A stretch of 54,390 bases of DNA, the filler included, from Sluysia triapertura (taxonomy: Eukaryota), in the NCBI GenBank assembly GCA_046118255.1. It is 4 parts of 4 records of this genome, joined end to end, with 100 filler letters (N's around TTAATTAATTAA, not from the genome) between each part and the next. Parts side by side here need not be neighbours in the genome. Positions count along the whole stretch, not along the records: positions 41,419 to 54,390 come from JBJNIA010067955.1; 3 more parts are not named here. One strand, written 5' to 3'. Under the pieces are notes generated by a model. That model ran no database searches. It had not been told where the DNA came from and saw only the letters and a list, made by a program, of their open reading frames with translations. Made by a program: the position numbers and the translations under genes. Positions 52,629 through 54,390 of this stretch are shown in pieces; the first letter of the stretch is position 1, and each line of letters begins with the position of its first letter.

Positions 52629-53285
52629 CCGTGTTTTCCGAAAATAAGACAGGGCTTATATTAATTTTCATTCAAAAATAACACTATTTTCATTTTTCTA
52701 AAAATAAAATTACAAAGTAGAGAATTATGATAGGTAATTATCTCTAATTATCTCTCGTATTTTTCTGTTGGAACGTAGATAATTAAAAGCTGCATGCCTT
52801 ATTTTTTGTAATTATTATTTATTTATGAATTATTATTAATTATTAATTACTAATTATTTATGAATTTCGTTTAAAATTTAAACGTATTTCTGTCACAATG
52901 AACATTCTTAATTTAACTGATTTTCATTATTTAAAGTCATTCTCATGGAATTCTTTAATAATTGCTAATAAAATCTTACATGGAAGATTGTCTGAAAGTG
53001 AATCATAAACAGAATCTTGTTATGGTCATTCACACTCAGAAAGTGAACCACAATGCTTTGACAATGAAAGTATCTAAGAATGTATTGTAATTTAAAGCTA
53101 ATTGTGCTTTAAATACAGAAATGTATGCTAAAGAATGCATTGAACGCCATCTTAAGCCATTCATTGACTTTTATTAGGTATTGACTTTTATTAATCGTCT
53201 TATTTTAGGGGTAGGTCTTAAATTAAAATCATCCTGGAACATCACGCTAGGTACACCTTATACGTATAACATCGAGGAAACACGG
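52629..53285. mobile_element. Tc2/pogo-type non-autonomous DNA transposon
   Basis: Left end CCGTGTTTTCCGAAAATAAGAC, right end GAGGAAACACGG followed by TA; internal GTCTTATTTT repeats typical of this group; left flank is CA rather than TA. Confidence 0.75.
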
Positions 53286-53319
53286 TATAACTTATAGAAA
53301 TAAAGTTATCATATCACGT

Positions 53320-53600
53320 AACAATTTGGTCCAAAGACTCTATATTCAGTCTTGATAACTTTTTCCTGCGTGGACTCACAATACGACATTTTCGTATATT
53401 TTCAAGAGGTTTTATGGCTCGTTTCAAACAGTCTTGAATTGGATTCAACAAGTGTCAGAGCATCATTTTCCTGTCTAAAGGTCTTCCTGATGTAAGATTG
53501 TCTTATAAGTCATAGTTTTCCTATCTTAAATTTTTAAACCACTTTTTTAATGTTCTAAGGCTTACAGAGTCTCACTATATTGTTGAATTTTTATTGCAAA
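53320..53600 (-). mobile_element. Second mariner remnant (N-terminal HTH region)
   Basis: SVSLRTLKKWFKNLR*ENYDL*DNLTSGRP..LVESN (cf. T...WF.RF..G.FDLED..RSGRP). Confidence 0.7.
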
Positions 53601-54157
53601 CTTTTACAAAATCATTAAAGTGAGAACACAAGTAATTTTTACATTATCAAAGAATTTTGCTGACAAAATAAACCATAGGAACGAAAAGGACATTACATAA
53701 AATAATATAATTTATTAATTACTACAAAACATATCAATTATTTGAATATATACAATTAAGTAAATTAAATATACAATGAATTAAGGATTGCAAATAAAAA
53801 TATAAACAAAAAATTGTGTGCACTGATAATAATAATAATAATAATAATAATAATATATTATAATAATAATAATAACGATAGTGATAATTTTGCAAAGAAA
53901 ACTTAAAGCGCTTTAATTTACATTAAACAACCAACCTGTTTTAAATTGACAAATCACACAAAACTTAAGATTAAAATTAAGAATTACTTCAGGAATGATA
54001 TTTTTTTATTTAATGTTATTAAATTGAATATGCTTAGCGAAACATTTCCAATATTATTGCAATAGGTGATGGTTCAAAAGTGTAACACAAGATTGTTAAT
54101 AACTGACATAAAATTCAGTTTTAGATTGTCAATATTAGTTATTTAATTTTGTTTTAC

Positions 54158-54290
54158 NNNNNNNNNNNNNNNNNNNNNNNNNNNNNNNNNNNNNNNNNNN
54201 NNNNNNNNNNNNNNNNNNNNNNNNNNNNNNNNNNNNNNNNNNNNNNNNNNNNNNNNNNNNNNNNNNNNNNNNNNNNNNNNNNNNNNNNNN
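54158..54290. other. Assembly gap (133 N)
   Basis: Plain N run. Confidence 0.97.
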
Positions 54291-54323
54291 TATTATTAAT
54301 ATTATTCTTACTCTCATCATCAC

Positions 54324-54390
<67 letters not shown>
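54324..54390. repeat. (TAT)n microsatellite running off the window
   Basis: Perfect run of at least 22 units. Confidence 0.97.

Noticed and set aside
1-54390. CRISPR arrays, operons, tRNA/rRNA genes, telomeric repeats
   Set aside because: No repeat-spacer periodicity, dense ORF clusters or recognisable structural RNA motifs by eye; tRNAscan-SE and Infernal would be needed to exclude small RNAs.

Overview
Very AT-rich, repeat-littered eukaryotic (almost certainly animal) genomic DNA with spliceosomal GT-AG introns; I see no prokaryotic systems. Three identical 100-nt spacers (N44-TTAATTAATTAA-N44 at 18101, 28978 and 41319) look artificial, so the window is probably four joined pieces and adjacency across them is unproven. 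Supportable host genes: the 3' end of an EGF-repeat gene (+, 303-5699), one isolated intact RFC1 exon (+, 15576-16149), a complete three-exon DNAJB9/ERdj4 gene (+, 18277-26735) and a VWA3A/B-like exon (-, 43949-44236). The rest is mostly decayed transposons (CACTA, several hAT, mariner, Tc2/pogo-type, piggyBac plus TTAA MITEs, L2/RTE LINEs, gypsy gag, a possible Polinton integrase) and disrupted host-gene-like fragments, including a malic enzyme pseudogene. I cannot demonstrate a new biological system. The best leads are the orphan or interleaved RFC1 exon, the recurring stray gene fragments, a Gln-rich frame broken only by TAA/TAG, a coiled-coil ORF nested in the DNAJB9 intron, and two unrelated 71-bp piggyBac-type MITEs. 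All family calls come from manual translation and motif recognition, not database searches.
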